Both the position numbers and the translations under genes were made by a program. Shown here piece after piece: positions 7,544 through 11,484 of a stretch of DNA of 11,484 nt. Each line of letters begins with the position of its first letter. Positions within the stretch are counted from its first letter, which is position 1. Below the pieces are notes generated by a model, which saw nothing but the letters and a program-made list of their open reading frames with translations, did not search any database and was not told where the DNA came from. Origin of the DNA: Candidatus Bathyarchaeia archaeon (lineage in GTDB: Archaea > Thermoproteota > Bathyarchaeia > TCS64); assembly GCA_050014495.1 (NCBI GenBank), contig JBEKDF010000079.1, positions 1 through 11,484 on the forward strand, read 5' to 3'.

Positions 7544-7577
7544 GCGCGCGCGCATCTCATCCAGGTTACACTGTTAT

Positions 7578-8045
7578 TTATCGTAACCCTTTTTCCGTCG
7601 CATTAACAACGGTGTTCACAACCCACTTCTGCACAAAACCCTTAGCAGCCTGCTTAGCAAGCATCAGCCTATCACTCATCACGGTGTGGCGCTGGATCTT
7701 TTCCCCAACGAACTCATAAAAGCACGCTCCAGGCGTCTCATACCTCCTACCATCCTTCAAGACACCATCATTGACGAACTGGTAGACGGCCTTGTTTCCC
7801 TTCACCATTATCCCAACCCCGGCGTCCCTGAATTTTATCTGGTCGTGACTCTGAAAAATCCAGGTCAAGTCACGCCTCGCCTCATCCTTACCGTTAAACG
7901 TGCCCTCAGGTGCGGTCCAGATAACGTCGTCTGTGAAGAATGAAAGTGTCTTCTCCACATCCATTTTCTCGAAGGCAGTCTCATATTCTCGTATGATGCT
8001 CTCGAGTTTTTCCTCGGGTACGCTCGCTTGTTTAGCTTCAGTCAT
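7578..8045 (-). CDS. SnoaL-like / NTF2-family protein
   Basis: 155 aa with the NTF2-like signature 'IIREYETAFEKMDVEKTLSFFTDDVIWTAP.GTFNGKDE' and 'G..FYEFVGEKIQRH'. AGGTG RBS. Confidence 0.85.
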   Translation of the reverse strand: MTEAKQASVPEEKLESIIREYETAFEKMDVEKTLSFFTDDVIWTAPEGTFNGKDEARRDLTWIFQSHDQIKFRDAGVGIMVKGNKAVYQFVNDGVLKDGRRYETPGACFYEFVGEKIQRHTVMSDRLMLAKQAAKGFVQKWVVNTVVNATEKGLR

Positions 8046-8113
8046 CTAAAACACCTAGAGGGATTGGAATCGTCTCCTGAGATAACACTATCGGTGACTA
8101 TCACATGTGCTCA

Positions 8114-8141
8114 ATAGCCTTATCCTCACTTCCACCTGATA
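8114..8141. repeat. 28-bp direct repeat, copy B
   Basis: Identical to 7004-7031. Both copies are followed 29-39 bp later by TGCGCGCGCT. Confidence 0.95.
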
Positions 8142-8220
8142 CTTCTCCGTGATTGTTGATTGCTGATAGTTGCGCGCGCTCGCAAAGTTTTAAATATTTA
8201 TAATCAGGAGATTTAATTGG

Positions 8221-8601
8221 ATGTTTATGAACGGAGAAAAACTAACTAAACAAACAATAGAGAAGTTACCTGAGCACCTGAAAGAAGCATTGAAGGCTCA
8301 ATGTAATCTTCAGAAAATCTCATTTGAAAAAGTAGCAGTCGACGAAATTGAAAAAAGACTAAAAGAATTGTGCGCAAATAATAAACACAGAATTACTATG
8401 GACATGGAAGACATCGCTAAAAATTATCCGGATAAAAAGGAAGGTTCGGAAGAAAACTACCTGTGGTACCTCGCCAATATACTCGCAACAAACATCATCA
8501 AAGCCGCGGTTTTTGAAGACCGTGGTGGTGCGAAAATATTACCAAGCGACCTTTTACTCGGGTTCTACGACTATCCACATATTGTTGAATCAAAACTCTG
8601 A
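8221..8601 (+). CDS. Hypothetical helical protein, possible divergent histone fold
   Basis: 126-aa ORF with a TATA-like TTTAAATA at about 8189-8196 and a GGAG RBS. The histone-like pattern is a by-eye alignment only. Confidence 0.7.
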   Translation: MFMNGEKLTKQTIEKLPEHLKEALKAQCNLQKISFEKVAVDEIEKRLKELCANNKHRITMDMEDIAKNYPDKKEGSEENYLWYLANILATNIIKAAVFEDRGGAKILPSDLLLGFYDYPHIVESKL

Positions 8602-8628
8602 TCCTAGACAATAAATATCCTCTTTTTT

Positions 8629-9489
8629 TTGGGAGTTGAAGCACATTTGTACCATTCAAATAGCGAAGTAATTTCATGGTACGAGAGTAAGACTGAGTCG
8701 ATTATAGAGAAGTATGGCTCAGGACCTAAGATACACTTTCACACAGGATATTTTGACGACGGGGAAAATCCATCAAAAAACGAGTTCGAGCTAAGAAGGC
8801 AGCTCATCAGATCCCAGGAAAAGTTGTTGAAAAATGCCTTTAGGTTCTGGGATAAGGAGTCAACAGTAGGCTCCAGCGTCTTGGACGTGGGGTGTGGACT
8901 CGGTGGGACCTCCATCTTCCTAGCCAAGAAATACGATATGAATGTGATCGCCTTAACAAACGTCCCAACTCACGCGAAGCTCACAGAGGAATACGTCAAG
9001 GAAGCCTGCGTATCAGATAAAGTTAAGGTAGCCCTAGGAGATGCCTGTCAATATAGCGGGGAACTAATCTTGGACTCCGCAATAGCTTTAGAAAGCTCTT
9101 GTTACCTTGAACGCTACGAATGGTTTAGACGCCTATCAAAAATATTAAAGAAAGGTGGTCATGTCTACATTTCTGACTGCTTTACTCCTAGCATTAATAT
9201 TGCTAAACCCTTCAACGAATATTGGCTGACGCGCGTGGGGAGTCTTAACGAATATTTGGAGGCAGCAGAAAAAGGAGGTTTTGAGCTCGAAACCTTCAAA
9301 GATTTAACCTCCCATACAGTCGACTTCTGGAGATTCAACATAGCATACCAGGCTATGCGTCTTAAGAAAACCAAATCAGTGAAGGAATCTGAAAGACTTC
9401 AAAAAAGTATAGAATGGCAGCAAAACCTTCATCGCATATGGGGAGGAGGAAGGATACAATACGGGCTACTAAGCTTCAGATTTAAATGA
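8629..9489 (+). CDS. Class I SAM-dependent methyltransferase (tocopherol/sterol/prenyl-diphosphate C-methyltransferase-like)
   Basis: Motif I VLDVGCGLGG, N-terminal HFHTGY, GDA, 'ALESSCY' and 'LKKGGHVYISD'. Confidence 0.9.
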   Translation: MGVEAHLYHSNSEVISWYESKTESIIEKYGSGPKIHFHTGYFDDGENPSKNEFELRRQLIRSQEKLLKNAFRFWDKESTVGSSVLDVGCGLGGTSIFLAKKYDMNVIALTNVPTHAKLTEEYVKEACVSDKVKVALGDACQYSGELILDSAIALESSCYLERYEWFRRLSKILKKGGHVYISDCFTPSINIAKPFNEYWLTRVGSLNEYLEAAEKGGFELETFKDLTSHTVDFWRFNIAYQAMRLKKTKSVKESERLQKSIEWQQNLHRIWGGGRIQYGLLSFRFK

Positions 9490-9549
9490 TCAATGAGACA
9501 TGAAAAACATTAAATCACAGTGAACAATAAAAACTAAATAGTATTCATA

Positions 9550-10035
9550 TTGTCTGCATTTAATACACCAATTGATCTTGCCCAACTTGTAACCATCTCG
9601 GGCGTGGTCGTGGCTGCCATTGTTGGACTACGACAGCTTAGCAACCTCGTGGCAAACAGGCAGGCCCAGCTCTTCATGCAGCTGTACGACCGCTTCAGCA
9701 GGGAGGAGTTCCTCAACGAGTTCATCGAGGTCATGGCTTTACAGTGGGTAGACTTCGAAGATTATTGGCAGAAATATGGCTTAGATAACAACAGGGATGC
9801 CACCCTAAAGATCCACTCCGTCGGCAACTTTTTTGAAGGAATAGGGGTCCTAGTCAAACGTAGATTAATTAAAATCGAGCTAGTGGATGATCTAATGTCG
9901 GGCAGCATTATCCGTTACTGGGAAAAGATGATGCCGGTGATAATAGAACAAAGGAAGAAATTTAACTGGCCCCAGGCGTACGAATGGACAGAGTACCTAT
10001 ATAATAAGATAGTCGTCATGAATAAAAGTAAATAA
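9550..10035 (+). CDS. DUF4760-like protein with an N-terminal TM helix
   Basis: 'RQAQLFMQLY', 'NFFEGIGVLVKRRLI..ELVDDL', 'YWEK' and 'EW.EYLY' match my recollection of DUF4760. Confidence 0.75.
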   Translation: MSAFNTPIDLAQLVTISGVVVAAIVGLRQLSNLVANRQAQLFMQLYDRFSREEFLNEFIEVMALQWVDFEDYWQKYGLDNNRDATLKIHSVGNFFEGIGVLVKRRLIKIELVDDLMSGSIIRYWEKMMPVIIEQRKKFNWPQAYEWTEYLYNKIVVMNKSK

Positions 10036-10135
10036 TGTCAAGTTGGTTGAGAGACACACCAAAAAAAAATAGCTTAGCAAAACCATGCGCGCGATTTTTG
10101 CGGTATGTTAAATGAGATGGGTTAGTAACTCTAAA

Positions 10136-10576
10136 TTATCCAAAGGTTTTCAGAATAATTATGCATCCAATCCACCCAGCAATCATGAGCAATGGGGCTA
10201 ACATGTTGAAAATATCAGAGAACGTTGAAGTTTTATTATCGCCAGGGTTGAAATAGTGTTTGTAAAAAAAACTTGTAGAGAACATTGTAAATAAATCCTT
10301 TCCCTCTTCCTTATCGAGATATTGGTTTAACGAAGAAGTGATTTTGCTTATCTGGGCCTTATTAGAAAGTATTAGAAGGTTAATACCAATACCCAATAGG
10401 CAAATAATTAATGGAATCCATACAAGGTTCCCTGTTATTTTAGATGCAACTAAAATAGCAAAAGCATTGAATAAGAAGGAATTTGCGGCTATGATGATGT
10501 TTGCCCTGTTGCTTACTTTTTCCTCTAAATGCAATATTAATTGTTCTATTGATTCACGCTCAGCTAAGTCAGCCAA
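10136..10576 (-). CDS. Hypothetical 3-TM membrane protein, AT-rich
   Basis: 146 aa: an N-terminal helix ending 'NRANIIIAANSFLF', two adjacent TMs, a soluble loop and a C-terminal TM. Confidence 0.65.
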   Translation of the reverse strand: MADLAERESIEQLILHLEEKVSNRANIIIAANSFLFNAFAILVASKITGNLVWIPLIICLLGIGINLLILSNKAQISKITSSLNQYLDKEEGKDLFTMFSTSFFYKHYFNPGDNKTSTFSDIFNMLAPLLMIAGWIGCIIILKTFG

Positions 10577-10751
10577 TATGGTTCACGTGTTTATGTTATC
10601 GTGAAGTGAAGATAAGATTATTGATTATTCAAATGGCATGCGCATAAATGTGTACACCCCTATACGCATTATTCCCAAGCGGTCTCGCGAGGCGATCCGG
10701 AGGCAGCCCCGTCCATCGTCGTTCGTTGTCGCTGTCGGATCTTGCGCGCGC

Positions 10752-10883
10752 TACGTCGCGGTGGAGAGCACCGTCGCGGAGAGGCCGACCTTGAGCCCAT
10801 CCTACCTCACCCAAGTTACACCTATTCTGTTTGGGGCCACCTGGGTGACGATCCTCGCCTTGCTGCTGACTCAGCTAATATAG
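10752..10883 (+). pseudogene. Possible C-terminal fragment of a membrane protein starting at a (GC)4 tract
   Basis: YVAVESTVAERPTLSPSYLTQVTPILFGATWVTILALLLTQLI* follows TGCGCGCGC (10743-10751). The upstream part of the track ORF looks unrelated. Confidence 0.35.
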
Positions 10884-10985
10884 GACATCGCGTGCCTTGC
10901 TGTGGGCGGCTTCATCCACGGAATCGATGACAACCCCCTCAGCACCGGTTGTATGCCTCGAGTATGTGGAGGGCTTAATGCGTAA

Positions 10986-11387
10986 CTATTCATCATTTTT
11001 TTCTGTATCAAACAAGAAGCCTTGCATATACAAGATGAGACTCTTCAGAGGTATCCTAACATACCTTGTGAACTCCGCCGTGGGCTGAAAGACCCCCTGC
11101 CTCGTGAGCTCGAATCCCAAACCCACGTAGTCATCGACGACGACGGCTTTAATCGTCTTAAGGCCCCTGAGTCGAGCCGCTTTGAAGCGATGATGACCAT
11201 CCAAAACCGCGTAGAGTTCTCTCTTTGGGTGCTTTATGACGATGATCGGTGTAAACTTTGAGGCATCCACCTCGGTCAGCTTCTGGGCATAGTCATCGTC
11301 GATGTTTTCGTCGCATACAATCTTCTCGATTGGCAAATCAACGGCGTATTTATCGGGCGTTGCGTAGGCTCGTATTAGGTCCGTCAT
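10986..11387 (-). CDS. Stand-alone ParB/Sulfiredoxin N-terminal domain protein
   Basis: 'PIIVIKHP....YAVLDGHHRFKAARLRGLKTIKAVVV' is the ParB/Srx signature. No HTH domain and no parA in the window. Confidence 0.85.
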   Translation of the reverse strand: MTDLIRAYATPDKYAVDLPIEKIVCDENIDDDYAQKLTEVDASKFTPIIVIKHPKRELYAVLDGHHRFKAARLRGLKTIKAVVVDDYVGLGFELTRQGVFQPTAEFTRYVRIPLKSLILYMQGFLFDTEKNDE

Positions 11388-11484
11388 CTGGGGATCATCG
11401 ACTCTAAATGGATAAAACGATTTTGTGTAATGTGCGAGCGCATAAGATTCCGTGTCTCGTCAGGGTTGACTCAAACGCGCGCCT

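Larger units (their letters stand above)
926..11482. repeat. Dispersed (GC)n / alternating purine-pyrimidine tracts at module boundaries
   Basis: GCGCGC found by eye at 934, 1614, 2406, 5806, 5887, 6681, 7072, 7544, 8172, 10087, 10744 and 11477 (plus 3983 inside a CDS). Related RY tracts occur at 1822, 2116, 3535, 5012-5044, 5315, 5425, 5761, 5991, 8102 and 10636. Confidence 0.85.

Noticed and set aside
7004..8141. 28-bp repeat as a CRISPR array
   Set aside because: Only two copies, 1110 bp apart with genes between them; no regular repeat-spacer period.
557..11261. Overlapping or antisense track ORFs (557, 2312, 3261, 3930, 4661, 5197, 5449, 5508, 5883, 6258, 7095, 7492, 7686, 8739, 9165, 9534, 10338, 10629, 10742, 10897, 11022)
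   Set aside because: They are shadows of better-supported genes or fragments and have no recognisable motifs.
10986..11387. parABS partition locus
   Set aside because: The protein lacks the DNA-binding and dimerisation domains, and no parA or parS was seen.
1040..11457. AGACACGGGAATC (1040-1052) and GATTCCGTGTCT (11446-11457) as TIRs of a 10-kb element
   Set aside because: Only 12 matching bases with a gap, no extension and no target duplication; compatible with chance.
926..11482. Junctions as a BssHII (GCGCGC) cloning artefact
   Set aside because: The tracts vary in length and sequence (ACGCGT, GTGCAC, ATGCAT, GTAC), a GCGCGC lies within the intact YVTN gene, and the paralogous scraps are diverged. 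Other chimera types still need read-level exclusion.
6671..11482. GGTTGAC shortly before GCGCGC (6671, 11464) as IS200/IS605 or IscB ends
   Set aside because: Too short, with variable spacing, and no tnpA/tnpB/iscB remnant or subterminal hairpin seen.

Overview
Archaeal accessory region. Gene content (DUF996, DUF4760, YVTN surface protein, solo-Cas1 remnants, wHTH-Cys4 protein) is most consistent with Bathyarchaeia; this is inference, not a database result. There are no housekeeping genes, RNA genes or CRISPR array. The window is a mosaic of short unrelated modules in both orientations: intact single genes for membrane, surface and small-enzyme proteins, plus many truncated gene fragments. 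Nearly every module boundary carries an alternating purine-pyrimidine tract, usually (GC)3-5, and several fragments break exactly at these tracts. Also present: two inverted 3' remnants of a solo cas1 sharing the same internal TAG; a 464-bp TIR-bounded mini-element carrying only a wHTH regulator and flanked by (GC)n on both sides; a 28-bp direct repeat; two orphan PGF-like sorting-signal fragments; a possible divergent histone-fold protein next to a SAM methyltransferase; and the probable left end of an IS5-family element. The best candidate for an undescribed system is a (GC)n-targeted DNA capture or shuffling array.
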